Shown here: piece after piece, positions 1 through 13,615 of the stretch
Position numbering within the stretch: the first letter of the stretch is position 1
How the letters are laid out: each line of letters starts with the position of its first letter
Notes under the pieces: model-generated
The model's input: the letters and a program-made list of their open reading frames with translations, nothing else
Databases searched by the model: none
What the model was told of the DNA's origin: nothing
Position numbers and translations under genes: made by a program
DNA from: Callorhinchus milii
Taxonomy: Eukaryota
Assembly: GCF_018977255.1 (NCBI RefSeq)
Contig: NW_024704743.1
Location: forward strand, 56,298,001 to 56,362,000
DNA length: 64,000 nt
Reading direction: 5' to 3'

Positions 1-160
1 AATCAATCCATTCGGTGACAGGAAGTCGGTGGAACCTGGCAAGAACTTGTGTGATGGGGTACAGAGTTTGGTGCGGGTGAGTATTTGGGTGAAGGAGTTT
101 GGGATTAACTGGATGGAGCTGCGGTGACCGTTGAGGAGGACATTTGAATAATCAAGGCAA
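1..160 (-). mobile_element. Decayed L2 LINE ORF2 C-terminal fragment
   Basis: The minus strand reads ...QILTRTK..., colinear with the other L2 copies in the window. Confidence 0.65.
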
Positions 161-544
161 AAGGTGATGAACGCAAAGTAGTTGGGCCTACACAAAACTT
201 GTTGCGTTCCGTTCGTGGCTTTAACTGTTTTTCTTTCTGATCACCCCCTGTTGAATTAATACAGTAAAAGTAAGAACAGTGTAGATTGCAGTATAGCATT
301 AGGCAACATAACCTCAGTGCTGAAGTAGTAAAAATAAATGTTTTGATTTGATTAATTTATGCTGTGGCATTTGTATGATTGTGTTCTGCACTCTTCACTT
401 GGCTACGGTTACATAGTTAAAATAAATTTACTTCCACTGATTTACAGAAATTAAGATTGTAGGTCAATGGGGAATTTTGGGGGGGCAATGAGTGTCTGAC
501 AGTTGCGGAAACCCATCACTATAAATTGCTCATTCATTTCAAGG

Positions 545-1050
545 CTGTTTATTGGATACTGCTGTGCACAAAATTGGCGGCCCCATTCATCCACAAAATA
601 CAGTCGTTGCATTTCACAGTAAATGTTGTGAATTACTTTGGAACATCTTCCCATGTTTCACTGGAGTTACTGAGTTATTGTAAAGTGTAGTGACTGTAGT
701 TGTAGGTAAATACAGCAGCCAATTTGTACGCAGTAATGTCCCACAAACAGGGAGTGGACGTGGGAGGGTGGCCAAAGGCACGGTCGAAGTGGAAGCTCTT
801 TAGACAGGACTTTAAAAAGGCAAGAGAAGGGGTGAGGTGGAGGGATTGCAGGATAAAGTTCCAGAGAGTGGGGGCAGAGATGCTGAATGCCCGACTGCCA
901 ATTGGAGGGCGGGAAGTGTGGGGGACCTGAAGCAGGCTGGTGTCCACTGAGCAGAGGGAACGGACAGCCTGATACGGGGTTAGGAGGTCGCAGAGGTAGG
1001 TGGGAGCAAGACTGTGGAGGGCACTGTCTTGGAGTTTCAGACAAGATTAT
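545..1050 (-). mobile_element. Deu-type SINE tails with an adjacent L2 3' fragment
   Basis: SINE motif tgtgggacattactgcgtacaaattggctgc on the minus strand; L2 peptide IGSRAFSISAPTLWN...LKSFHFDRAF (ORF 675..947). Confidence 0.75.
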
Positions 1051-4000
1051 AAACTCAAAACCCCAATGTGAGGCTTTACCTACAACTGTCAGGCCAGAGT
1101 GTTACCAACTGATCAAGATTGACACCGCACTGCCCCATTGACTGATATGTCACTCCAAGTCCTGATGACAACCCAGGCTGGCACATGTGTCTTCAGCAGT
1201 GCCGTGGAATAGTGCGGCCTGACGTGGCTCAGGAACTGGACTAGTGACCGACCAAACAATTTCACTCGATTTGGAATCACATTGGAGCACGCTATACCTT
1301 CATCCTCTAGCCCTCCACCCTACCACTGGAAGATTTTTTTAATACTTAATATGTGCAGGTTTTAGGTCTTACTAACAAAATGGGTAAGTGATTCACTCAC
1401 TGGGGAAATAAATGCAAGATATAAAAGAGCAAAAAATTTGTTAAAATTTGGTTTCTTCTGTTCCACTAAAAATAGAACCCGTTTATCTATCCGTTCCTTC
1501 TGGAAAATTAATATTGTACAAGATTATGCATGAAGATGGTTAGCTTCAACAATCAAATCTCTAAATAGTCTCTGGCAGACAAGGGTCATCTTGCTGCACT
1601 AATCCATTCTCATCCTGACCCATTTCCATTAAGGTACAAGGAATTAAAAGCTTTATAAAGTAGAACTCCCTGTATAACAGTTGCATCTGATGATGAAACT
1701 TTGATTAATGTGTGCTTGTCAATAGAGGTCATCATAACATACAACTATGACTTCCTCAGCAGTTCATACGGTGGACAGAACAGCTAGGATACTACCCATC
1801 CTGTGGTTGGTGGTGAAATCATGCTGTTGTGAGAAGTCTCAAAGCAGTTAACTTGGGTCTGGAAACAAAGCTTCAATTACCTTCAAATGTGTTCCCATAT
1901 AAATGCCAAAGGAAATAAACATTTGGCTTTCCTAACTGAATTGAATAATGTTGACTTTCATGCATATTTCCAGTCAGTTATTAACACTTTTGCTTCTGAA
2001 TCAAATAGTTGTGGGTTCAAGCCCCGTTTTTCAGGACTTGGAGTTCATTCTCTAGGCTGACACGCCATTGCTGGGGGTATACTGCATTGTCATTACGGTT
2101 AGACCATATGGTTTCCTTTTCCAACACCATATTTTGTGGTTGGAAATTCTGAGATTGATTCTCGTCATTGGAACAGTGTCCTTCTCTAATGTGTCGATGT
2201 CAAACACCTCACCTTATGGAAACTAGCATGGACAGGTGTCTACTCTTAATTGAGCCATTCAAAATGGGTATAGTTTAGAGCAATTTGGCACTGTAGGTGA
2301 CAAGAGCAGTATTTTACTTTCCAAGGTAGAAGTAATGGAATACATCACAGTAGGTTTGGAGGAACTACAAAGGAACTAACACCATGAGCAAAAAAGATCC
2401 TTCATAAGGTGGTGCTCGCAGGGTCTTTGAAAATAATGGCTTGCTGGGGCAAAAGAGATAACTACAGATGCAAATGTTGATCAGCCAACAGATATCAAGG
2501 TGTATTCTTGCTGAACTCCTCAAGCCCAGCATATCACATGGTAGGGTGTCAAACCTGGAGTGGCACTGAAATGGTTAACTGCTAAATGATTCAGTGCTGG
2601 TAGAAGAAAAAACTGTTTTTCTTCAGATGAAGACATCCAAAAAATCTATAAACATGAAATCAGCCTAATTTGCAGGCAGCTTTGAGAAGTTGTTCTCTGT
2701 GAAGAGGGACTTTTCTGAATGTGGATTGTTTGCAAAATGTTTTTTAATCATTCTCTCAGCTTGTTTCACTTGCCTTCCCTGGTACTGCCAATGAACTCTG
2801 AAAATTTTATTTTTGTTTTTCAAACCTGAATGAAGGATCTTATTTGTAATTGTTTTCTTATCATTAAGAGTTACTTTGTGCTTCAAAGCTCTTCCATCCA
2901 TTCCTTTGTCACAGCATTGATTGCTAGAGGGGATGTCAGCTCCCTCCCTATATTGTAAGCTTACCAACAGATAAGATTTTACAATTGGAGGTCTGTCACT
3001 GGGTGTTCTGAAACGGTGCAGACTGATGAATTTGTGTGTGAGCAGCAGTGGAACATTTGAGATAAAAAAGGCTATTGACAATTGTACTTTCTGCCTGAGA
3101 TGCCCTGTGTGGTCCTTGCAAATAAACTTGTTTCCATGTCTAAGGCTCACCAAGAAGCAGTAAATAAACACTGGTGTTAAAACTTTTGAAAAGTACTGGC
3201 ATCAGTGAGTAAACTAGCAGTCAGCCATCACCAAGCAGTTAATGTGGTGTAATTGATGGTTTTACAAGGAAGCTTTTTTAAAAAAAGGACCTTGGAATTT
3301 TACACCTAAATGAACACTTTTGCTCCCCATTTACACCATACATCTTGTTTAACATTAGTAATAGAGTGCTCTGAAATTGGACCCCACATTGTTAAAATTA
3401 TGTAGGCCAGTCTGGATTTGATTTTAAAAATATTTGCTTTTTTACAAAGTTCCAATGTGACGCAAATATGTTGTATTGATTCAAAATAGTTTTATTTTGA
3501 TAATGCCGGAAGCTGAAAAATCAAGAAAAATTAAAATATGTCATTGTGCTTTGAGAAATCCTCCTGACAGGTTTCTTGTTTTTTTATTATTATTATTGTT
3601 ATTATTGAAACAGTGTGTAGTGTGACTAAAGGTGAGTGAGATGGAGGTGGAGGACCCTAAATACATGCTTGTAGTAAGAGACTCAGCAATGGGAGTCAAA
3701 CAAGTGCTTTTACATGGGCAATAAGCATGGATAAATTATTATTACCATTGAAGATTTCTTTTGGGTTTGTGTCCTTCAAGTGCAAAAATTGTCGTAAGGG
3801 AAAAATATGAAAAATGAATCATCTATCTAGTGAAAATCGAGGGAAAAAAAATCGATCCATTTCTAGCATCGCTAATAGTATGCCAGGCTGTCTAGTCATG
3901 ATTGTTGTTGACTTGCCCTGTTCTTGAAAAACACTGTGTGCATAGCATGAGGTTCCTCTGGAGTACCATAATTTTCCCACTCCCTTTACCTCCTCCCCCT

Positions 4001-4302
4001 CAATGCACAAATAACCGAACACTCACTGCTTAGGCTCATATTGTAAAGAATATCCTGAGCAGTTTGAGAATATACCTGAGCAGTTTACTGAAAATTATTC
4101 AGTGGAAATGTCTCCCAGTGGAAAGAAAAATTAGGGACTTTTAGGATCACTGTTTGCATTTAAAAAATAATTAAATTTGCAGATTAAACAAAATGTGTTA
4201 TTGAAACAGCATGAAATATTAACCCAGGTCAGCACTTAGTCAATAGTGTTCTGTTGTATTGTATGTTTTACAGAAAACTGTTAATTTTACCATTCAGTTT
4301 AA

Positions 4303-4398
<96 letters not shown>

Positions 4399-4769
4399 TA
4401 AGAGAAGTTGAGACCTGGAGCACAGTGACATTCTTAATAACTTGGTATTTACCTGAAAATAGTTGAACTACTGTGTTTTGTTTGTTTCTTTGCCTTGTTA
4501 AAGTTGAATTTTGTGTGTAATTTTGTTGAGAATAAATATGGAGCTATGACATCCCTCTAACTCCTACTCTCCCTCCCCATGTTTAAAACTGACCTCACGA
4601 CTTGCCTATTTTACCACACTTCCAGTCATCATTCCCCCTCCCTCTTCAGAACCCTTTCCAGCTCTACTCTCTTCCCCCCCGAACCTCCACCCCCAGCGTA
4701 CAGCGCTTTGAGACATCTTCTTGATGTGAAAGGCACAGTGTGATTAGAAATAGTATAGTATTTATAAGC

Positions 4770-5085
4770 TGAATGTGCTCAGTGATTGCTGAGAGTGTTG
4801 GTAGGCTATTTAGCATATGAGGGTCATCATAACTCAAGCCCATTCTTTCTTTGCCTGAAGTTGATGGTCACATTTTCCAGCAATAGTTACTAGGTGGCAA
4901 TGAGGAATAGGAATCTTGAATGAAATGTTTCCCTTCCCTCGGCCAGATCCCTGATGTTCATTGGTGTATTCTCAGTGAACCCCAGATGAAATGAACTAGT
5001 TCAGCACAAAGTAGAGAGCGAATCTGGGACCATCCAGAGCTGTATAGCTTACTTTCACACTATGCTGACAAAACCATTGGGGAAC
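4770..5085 (-). mobile_element. Old SINE of a third family (related copies at ~26225-26600 +, 36440-36725 -, 45370-45650 -, 55128-55400 +, 62795-62945 +)
   Basis: Shared degenerate motifs such as GGTGAGGAYAGGATTGGGCT and GGGAGGGGAAAA-CAGCCAG, and a tRNA-like head in the 55128 copy. Family not named. Confidence 0.5.
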
Positions 5086-5479
5086 CTGAAAAGTGGCATT
5101 TTTAACTTGTGTAATTTTGTACAATGTAATTAATGTTTTGACTTTTTTGGGGGGTTTCATTTAAAGTATTTTATTTACAGCATCACGTTTCTAAAACACC
5201 ACGTGCTGAAGAATTTATAAAGTAGTATCGAATGCATTCATCAGCACTTTTAATATCTTAGAAATCTGGGTTATCATACATTTTATTATACGCATTTGCC
5301 TCAGTTTAGACTCCTTATTTCATAATTAAGTGGAAGTACAAGGATGAGCATTGTTAGCTAAAAGCAGTGAAGTTTGAATTATAATTGTATTAGAGATTTG
5401 TATTAGAAGTTCAGTGAGGATTCCTTCAGAGTGTAATTATTCAAGGGTGACTCTAATTGTGAAAGCCTGAAGGTGCAGT

Positions 5480-6530
5480 TATCAATAATGCCAATATATG
5501 CTGGCGGAAAACAAGATTGATCACAACTGAATGCAGAGCAAATATGGAAATATCTGAATCATTCCAGGTTTGGATACAAATGTTGTACTCGACCTGAGGC
5601 AGTTTTTATTTAAATGACTGTCCTGGAGGATCATGAAAGATTTGCAGTGTTGTTTTGCTTGACTACAATAGCATGCCAGAGATTACTGAGGAAAACAGAT
5701 TGTGTCTTTCATTACTGTTCTTACCTAGAAAAAGAGGCACTAAAGATCCTATCCACCAGTAAGGCAAATTGAGATAGATTGTAATCCCTTTGGGAAAGGT
5801 CTTTAGAGTTTAGCATCTAATCTAAATGGCAGTTCCAGTTAAAAATGCTGCAACAATTGTTTTTCACTTGGTTGGAAGAATTGCAATGTGGATAAGCAAT
5901 TTTGACACAGGTTCAATACATTTTTATTGGCATTATCAAACACCTCAGCATTCATCAGGATGTCACCATCTTCTTCATTTGTGAAAAAGTGCAGACATTT
6001 ATCAAACCCCCATTTAATATTGCTTGATTTGGATAATTCCAAATTACTTGGCAAGTGAACAGCAGCAGACCAATAATCATTACACGGTATTGATGTGTCG
6101 GAGAGGGGTCAGAGAAGAACAACATAAATGACTGATAGACTCAAGACTGCTATGCTATGTGGAGAGGCAATCAGATCTGCACTTGCTTTCATTGTAGAAA
6201 AGAAGATTGTGGGTTCTTTAAAATGCTCAAAGACATAGGATGATCCATTTGTAAGCAAATTATTTATCTTGGGCAGCAAGTGTGGAACTACAGGATATAG
6301 GTTAAAAATTAACCAGCCTCAAGCTACACAAAAGATTAGAAGGCTTTTTTGCCTTCTTAGTGGATCTGTGGGACTGACTTCCAACAAAAAACATTCACTA
6401 CTGTGTCAATTAATTCCTTCAAAAAAAAGCACTGAACACATTTCCTGTTGGGAGTAGTATTGAAGACTATGGGGATATGTTCAGACTGAGGAAACCAAAT
6501 GGTCTGGGGAATAAAATTGTGCTCTAGGGA
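5480..6530 (+). mobile_element. Highly decayed CR1 LINE ORF2 remnant
   Basis: Relics of CR1 C-terminal motifs (VQRRxTxM...YxERL at ~6108-6170; RRxFF...LWxxLP at ~6338-6383). The 5' part is uncertain. Confidence 0.55.
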
Positions 6531-7204
6531 CAGGGAAGCAGAAATGTCTGTTGATGATGGCAGGTCAAACTAGAATAATGAATAGGTGAAATGTGGGGAT
6601 GAATGAATGCAATCAAGTTTTTGTTCAATTATCCTCGAGAACCATAGAATGTTTCTGCAGAATTTTACATACAGAAGATTTGTGAGTGAGATGAAGGCCA
6701 CAATGAGAAGTTTGCATGGTCTATGGAAGTTATGGTGTGGGATCAATTCATTGATCTTTGAGGGCTTTGTACCAATTCATACATTATTTTATTCAATATC
6801 TGCTAGCAATTACATAGCTTTGTTTGTAAATAATCCAGGAGGTTTATCCTATTCTTTGCTATCCAGACTACAATGCTCTATTGCTCAATGAAAGTGCTAC
6901 AGGTTGTGAAAGCTGATAACAACAAAATCATCATCATTAATAATAAATCTCTAATAATACTTATATTTGATGTAGCGTCATTCACATTGGGACGACGTCT
7001 TTCGTTGTGTTTGTTGCATGTGAATGTGACAATAATGTCTCACAAACAGCCAGGAATTGAATGATCACTTTTTTTATTTGGGTGTTTGTTAGTCAGGATA
7101 ATAATAATCCTTGCATTTGATATAGCGCCTTATATATCTTTTTTTTTCTTTGAGACATTCCCCTGACGTGAAAGGGATTATACAAATGTAATCTTGTTGC
7201 TGTT

Positions 7205-7540
7205 GTTATCACATCTTCAAGTCTCAAAGCGCTTCACAGGTATACTGTAAAGTGAATTGACTGTATATATTGTGGGTGAAACGAGGCAGCCAATTGCGCA
7301 CAACAATTGCCTTGTCCCACAAACAGCAGTGTCCCACAAACAGTTGTGGATTGAAGTGACCAATTTATTATGATTTTTTTTAAAGGAATTAGTACCCCGG
7401 AAAAGCGATCCATCAGTCGACTAACAACCAAGTTCCTGCTCAGGCGTGTAGAGTAAAGAAATTTGCCCAATATTTCGCCCTGCCGGGAATCGAACCCAGG
7501 TCTCTCGCTTGCGAGGCAAATGCTCTAACAACTGAGCTAC
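7205..7540 (-). mobile_element. tRNA-Ala-headed SINE
   Basis: Minus-strand head tgtagctcagttgttagagcatttgcctcgcaagcgagagacctgggttcgattccc (A and B boxes), followed by a Deu-like 3' part and tail. Confidence 0.85.
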
Positions 7541-7547
7541 ATTACGC

Positions 7548-8800
7548 CAACAACAACAATAAACTTATAGAGCGCCTTTCACATCAGGAGGACATCCTAA
7601 GGCACTGGACAGTCAGGGGTCAGGACCTGAGCATGGGGGAGGGGTGAGGGAAGACAGAGAGGTGGGAGGGCAACCAAAGGCATGATCGAAGAGAAGGGTC
7701 TTGAGACTGGCCTTGAAGAAGGCCTGGGAGGAAGCGAGGTGAAGGGACCATGGGATGGAGTTCCAGAGTGTGGAGGCAGAGAGGCTGAAAGCTCGGCCAC
7801 TGATGGTAGGGTGGGTCGGGCGGGAGACATGGAGTAGGCCGGAGCCCGCTGAAGGGAGGAAGTGGGCAGGTTCGTAGGGAGTCAGCAGGTCAGAGAGGTA
7901 GGAGAGGGCAAGGCCATGGATGGCCTTGAAAGTGAGGATGCGGATCTTGAATTCAATCCTCTGAGGGATGGGGAGCCAGTGGAGTTGTGCAAGGGTGGGA
8001 GTGATGGAATCACGGAGCCTGGTACATGAGAGTAATAATAATAATAATAATAATCCTTGCATTTGATATAGCGCTTTTCACGTCGGGAGGATGTCCCAAA
8101 GCGCTTCACAGAACACACTGTAAAGTGAATTGACCGTATATTTGTGGGCGAATATTTGTATTTGTATTTGTGTACATGAGCTGCAGAGTTTTGGATTATC
8201 TGCAGCTTGCGAAGGGAAGAGTTGGGAAGGTCGATGAGGAGGTAATTTCTATAATCGAGCCTTGATATGATGAATGTGTGGATGAGAGTCTCAGCAGCCT
8301 GAGGGGTGAGGCAGTGGTGGCAATGTTGCGGAAGTGATGGTTGGCAGTTCCGATCATGGCGCAGATGTGCGGGAGAAAGGACAGTTCAGGGTCAAACAAG
8401 TTACCCAGGTTCCTGACTGGCTTAGTGAGGTTGAGTGTGCAGCCGTGGATGCTGATGCTGCCAATGCCCGAGGTGCGGAGGTGCTGGCGCGAGCCAATCA
8501 GGAGGGCCTCGGCTGATGTTCAGTTGGAGAAAGTTGTCCCTCGTCCAGGACTTGATGTCGGACAGGTCAGGACACCAGTAGTCCTGGAGTTGAGGGTGAA
8601 GGCAGAGAGATAGAGTTGGGTGTCATCCACATACATGTGGAAATTTACCCCATGTCTGCGGATGACTTCACGAAGGGGGAGCATGTAGAGTGTGAAGAGG
8701 AGGGGACCGAGGACAGAGCCCTGAGGAACGCTGCACGAGATGGTGCGGGGGCTGGAGGAAAAGCCGTTTGCTGTGATGAAGTGGAGGCGGTGTGAGAGTT
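7548..8800 (-). mobile_element. 5'-truncated L2 LINE interrupted by a SINE 3' fragment at ~8033-8171
   Basis: RT motifs [18 protein letters not shown] and [11 protein letters not shown]-terminal ITPTLAQLHWLPIPQRIEFKI; (TTG)n tail. Confidence 0.92.
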
Positions 8801-8960
8801 AGGACCTGAACGAGTCAAGAACAGAACGTTGGAGGTTGAGTTGAGCAATAGGATACCAGGAGAAATTCCCTTCCCATTTTGAATCTTTAACGTGCATTTG
8901 AACAGGCAGATGGGACCTCAGGTTTTTTTCCCTGCTCTTTCACATTCTCTTTTGTACATT

Positions 8961-9385
8961 AGCCTGGCTTAGTAGGTAGCGCTCTCACCTCTGTGGTCAG
9001 GTAGTTAAAGGTTCAAGATCCACATTTGGACTTTGAACTCTGTGTAGCCCGATACTGCGATGCAGTTCTGAGGGTGTGTTCCATTGTCGGACATGCCATC
9101 CTTCAGATAAGCTGTTAAACCGAGATCCCACCTGTCTCAGGTGACATTAAAGATCCAAAGGCACTATTCGAAAAGAGTTGGGAATTTATCCCGGTGTCCT
9201 GGCCAACAATCCTCCAAAAATTTGGTCATGACTGTTTGTGGACATTGCTGTGTGCCAATTGACTGCCGCATTCACCTGGAAATACAGTCACTATACTTCA
9301 CAGTAAAAGCCTGTGAACTTCACAGTGAAAACGCTTTCAGCTGTTTTGATGACACAAGGCACTTTATCATATGCAATTATTATTG
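8961..9385 (+). mobile_element. Long Deu-domain SINE (SacSINE1/AmnSINE1-like). Further copies at ~1975-2090, 14855-15130, 22005-22170, 25326-25695, 49370-49570, 51925-52100 (+) and 23500-23630, 23950-24240, 47230-47510, 50860-51085 (-)
   Basis: tRNA-like head gcctggctyagt..gttcaa, central ttaaagatccmawggcactattcgaaaagag and tgtttgtgggacattgctgtgtgc motifs, L2-like tail. Confidence 0.8.
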
Positions 9386-9889
9386 TGGTAAAACTCGTAT
9401 GTCTGATCTGTATTAATCGTATAATCGCCTAAGTCATCCATCTGCGTAACTGTCGTTGAATTTCCTATTAAAACCATTTAAATTTATCTGCAGTTGTCAT
9501 ATTAACAATCGCGCAACTCATAACACTGCCACTGTACTGCCTCTTGCTTTGAAGGGGACCCTTCACTGCATGTGCACTTACTTGCCTTGAAGCAGCTTAC
9601 TCTGTGCTCCATGTGAGACAATCTTAGTAACCTATGCTGAAGGACCGCATTCCTAGTACAGAACAGTGAACAAGTACGGAAGACGAGGTTTTGACCAGCC
9701 ATCATGGCATCAGACAATGCAGATAGCCCAACTTAACCAAATTAGTGACAAGGGCCTATCAGGAGAAGTGCAGCGTTCTCCAATTTTGCGAAGCAAATCC
9801 TGAAATAAAAAAGGGCATTGGCTCCAAATTTTATTTAAAGTCACAGACTTTGAATGATTGCCTTGTGGCAGAGTAATGTATATATAAAC

Positions 9890-10212
9890 TACTTGCTTGT
9901 CATCCTCCCCAACTCTTCCCTCCGCAGGCCGCAGATCCCCAGAACTCTGCAGCCCGTGTCCTCTCCCACATCGGACCTCGCGACCCTCTCACTCCCATCC
10001 ATGGCTCCTCTTACACAGAGGATACAGTTCAAGATCCTGGTCCCCACCTTCAAAGCCGTCCACGGCCTTTCTTCTCCTTACCTCTGTGACCTCCTAACCC
10101 CCACCAACCTGTCCGCTCCCTCTGCTCAACGGGCTCCGGCCTGACTGTTCAGCACCTTGGAATGTCCTCCTAACGTGAAAAGCACTATGCAAAATTTAAT
10201 TTGTTGTTGTTG
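9890..10212 (+). mobile_element. L2 LINE 3' fragment
   Basis: QRIQFKILVPTFKAVHGLSSPYLCDLL; tail gtgaaaagcactatgcaaa...(ttg)n. Confidence 0.85.
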
Positions 10213-11804
10213 GAAAGTATGGACTACCATAGCTTTAACATGCATGGTTCAAACATGGTACAGAAACCTTGCCTTCAAGTCACCAGCCAGTTCAGAAATT
10301 GTGTATTTGTTATGCGTTAGTCATATAAAATCCAACTTATACATAAATTTAAATAAATCGTGTATGATATGACTTATACAAACTTCGTATAACTCATAGT
10401 TTGGATATTAAATGTATGGTCCCAACTGATGCATCTTGTGTGAGGTTTACTTACTATTCCTCTTAATATTTATCCAGTTACCTTTCAAACGTGGTTGGGC
10501 CTTTCCACATCATCCCAAACTCTAAGTCTTTTGACTGAAACAAATCACCTAACGTCTCACTCGACTCTTCCATGGACAACCATGAGCTTATGCCTTCTGT
10601 ATGTACTTAAATGCCTTTTGCTATCACCCAGAAGCTCATGACCATCAACATAACTAAAAATTGTTCACGTCTCTGAAGTCAAATCATGTTTAATTTTACC
10701 ACTTATTGGGGGTCAACTTTTGTACACCTCTCCATTTCCTGTGAATCATAGCTCTCCTCCACATATACTGAGGGTGGAGAGGGGTGCATTCAGCCTCCTG
10801 ATGATCTCAATATGGATGCATTGCTGGGTCCATACCAGTTTCTTGGCACATGGGTAACTTCAGTGCCAGAAAGTCTAGATAGCGTTGATACATCAGAGGT
10901 TCTGTAAGTCTGTTCAGAGAGTCCAGCCCTGCCCTATCGGATCTGTCCCTCCTTATGTGCTAAATGTTCAGTTGAAAAATTAGCGAATCCAAATTTGGGG
11001 CTCTTGAAATCGTAACTCCAAATACTCATCTCTCCAGTGATTCCAGTGACACAAGTGCACAGTTTGTGATCCCTGTTACATCTTTACCAGCAGACTGACC
11101 TTGGATCTTATGAGGGTTGAGGCACATATCCTGATCCCAGTGGTCACTTCTGGATATCAGTGTATGTCTTTGCCTCCTGGCAGTAAGAAATCTAAAGGTA
11201 ATGAACAGGTCTGAAGTTAATTGGCAGCCAGATTACAGCCTATCATTATCTAATCTACAGGAGGTCCTGGCTAACAGGATGAGAAGCTGAAAATTGTGTA
11301 CTGTGCTCTGCCACATCATTAGCAAGTGATGAAATTTAACCAGAGTCCCAGCTCCTGTCTGTGTTCTGCCAGTGCAACAGTGTTATTCTTTGCAGATCAA
11401 TCTGTTTGCTGCAGATCTCTATCCGGAGGTCAATGGAACCCAATTTTTTCTCTTAACTAATGTCAAGCTGGCAGACTCTTCATTTCAGATTGTTTTTCAT
11501 TACCTGAAGTAGGTCAAATGCACATTTTCATGGATGTGTGAGCTACAGTATCTGAGCTTAATTAGAAGTTAGTCCAAGTATGGAGCTACATCTCTCAGCC
11601 GTGCTGGGCTTTAACTCCGTGAATACTCGTCAGATTTCTATCTTTAATGAATCTTTCGCTGAGAGTTCACTTTGAGATCGGATTCTATCAATAGGATCCA
11701 CACCTAAATGGTCAGTGGGGTCGAATTTGACTTTGCAAATTGCAATTGTTAGTACTGTATTTGCAAGCTGTACTGTATTTGCAAGTTAGTACTCTATTGA
11801 TGGG

Positions 11805-11985
11805 AGTTCTGCAACATATTGGTTAGAGCTCTCGCCAAACATGCGAGAAGACCCATGTTTGATTCCTGGGCAGGACAAAACCTTAGGCAAGTTTGTTTAC
11901 TCCACACGCCACTGTTTACCAGCAATAAGTAGGAACCCAGTTGTTTGATTGGCAGATCGCTTTCCAGGGGTAATAATCCCTTCAA
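11805..11985 (+). mobile_element. Diverged, 3'-truncated tRNA-Ala-headed SINE
   Basis: ggttagagctctcgcc...tttgattcctgggcagg...ccttaggcaagtttgtttactccacacgcc. Confidence 0.7.
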
Positions 11986-12309
11986 AATAAATAAAACAAA
12001 ATTTGGTCTTTTAATTTGCAACTGTTTTGTCTTTCAATCCAAGAGCCAGAAAAACATGTCTTTATCTGGTTTAGTTTGCTAACTTTGGTTAGGCAAATAC
12101 AAGCAAAAACTCCATCAGAATAAAAAGAGTTGTAAAATTGGATGAGGGACAAGAGGGATTCTGGCACCCACAGAACCATGAATTCTGTCCAGCATAAATT
12201 GTGGCTTTGAGAGTGAAGGCAAAAGATTTGGAGGCTCAGTTGGTAACACTCACTCTGAGTCAGAAGTGGGTTCAAGCTGAGGGAATTACTAGATGAGATA
12301 TTAAACCAA

Positions 12310-13615
12310 GGAACAGAAACAGAAGTCGCTGGGAACATTCAGCAGGTCAGGCAGCATCTATGGAGAAAGGAAAGTGAGCCAACATTTCGGGTCCATGACC
12401 CATCATCAGAACTGGGGCATGTTAGGAGGGAGAGGCTTCTAAGGGCTAACAGAGAGGGGGGAGGCAAGCAAAGGACAAAATGGGGCAGAGGACAGGGGAT
12501 GAAGGGTTAAAGAAGTGTTAATGATGCCAAACAAAGGGGGGGATTGCAACGAAACAGGGGAATAGAAGTGTTAATACTGCAGAACAAAAGGGGGAAAGAT
12601 TGCAACAAAATAGGCAGACCAGAGAGAGAAGAGGTGTGTCTGGGACCCAGATGATGTGGTAATGGTCACAGAAGAGAGGGAGGGGGAAGGTGAGCTGTTA
12701 TGGTCTGAAATTGTTGAAATCAATATTGAGGCCAGAGGGCTGTAAGGTCACTAGCAGATAGAAGAGGTGCTGTTCCTCGAGCTTGCAAAAGGACCTCTAC
12801 CTAGCAGAGGCTGAATGCCAACTCTCTGACAACTCCTCCTACCTCCCCCTGCACCATGACCCCACAACTGAACACCCAGCCATCATCACCGAGACCTCTT
12901 CGCCTCTGGGGAGCTTCCTCCCATAGCCTCCAACCTCATAGCCCCCTGCCAGCCATGCACAGCCTACCTCTACCTCCTTCCCAAGATCCAGAAACAGGAT
13001 TGTCCCGGGAGATCTATTGTTTCAGCCAGTTTCTGACCCACCGAACTGATTTTGTTATATCTGGACTCCATTTTTGCTCCTCTTGTCCAGGCCCTACCAA
13101 CCTACATCTGTGACTCTTCTGACAACCTCCGCCACTTTAACAATTTCCAGTTCCCTGGCCCTGACTGTCTCCTATTTACAATGGACCTTCAGTCCCTCTA
13201 CATCTCCAGGGCCAGGGCCCCAAATACAGTTTTCAAGTGAGACAGTGATTTACGTGTACTACCACCAATGTAATTTACTGCATTCACTGCTCACGATGTG
13301 GTCTCCTCTACACTGGGGAGACTAAACGCAGATTGGGTGACCGATTTGCCGAACACCTCTGTTCTGTCTGCAAGCACAACCCTGAGCTTCCAGTTCTTAC
13401 CACTTCAACTCTCCCTTTCACTCGCACTCTGACCTCTCCATCCATGGTCTCCTACTCTGTTCCAATGAGCGCAAGCTCAAGGAATAGCACTTAATTTATC
13501 TGCCAGGGACCTTACAACCCTCTGACCTTCCCTCAGATGCTGCCTGACCTGCTGAGTGTTTCCAACGACTTCTGTTTTTGTTTCAGATTTCCAGCATCTA
13601 TGGTATTTTGAGTTT
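12310..13615 (+). mobile_element. Penelope-like retroelement (internally deleted), inverted terminal repeats, inserted in a Deu SINE
   Basis: RT fragment LDSIFAPLVQALPTYI...LLFTMDLQSLY (13052-13210). GIY-YIG endonuclease NVIYCIHCSRCGLLYTGETKRRLGDRFAEH (~13267-13356). Inverted copy of the ORF end KLEEQHLFYLLVTLQPSGLNIDFNNF (-) at ~12700-12785. 11-bp direct repeat TATTAAACCAA at 12299-12309 and 13616-13626. Confidence 0.92.
12376..12416 (-). ncRNA. Minimal type I hammerhead ribozyme motif (degenerate) in the Penelope terminal repeat
   Basis: Minus strand: CCAGUU-CUGAUGA-U-GGGUC-AUG-GACCC-GAAA-UGUUG-GCU. Both core boxes are present with a perfect 5-bp stem II. Confidence 0.75.

Noticed and set aside
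160..250. Small Tc1/mariner-like MITE
   Set aside because: The ends are only loosely complementary and there is no TA TSD; cannot be supported.
2665..3171. 168-aa minus-strand ORF
   Set aside because: No recognisable domain, non-ATG start, no exon structure. Compatible with chance or a very old repeat.
8022..8180. 9-bp direct repeat GTACATGAG as a TSD of the SINE fragment
   Set aside because: The host L2 encodes ...AHVLSCT... here, which by itself produces two ctcatgtac-like copies, so the repeat need not be a TSD.
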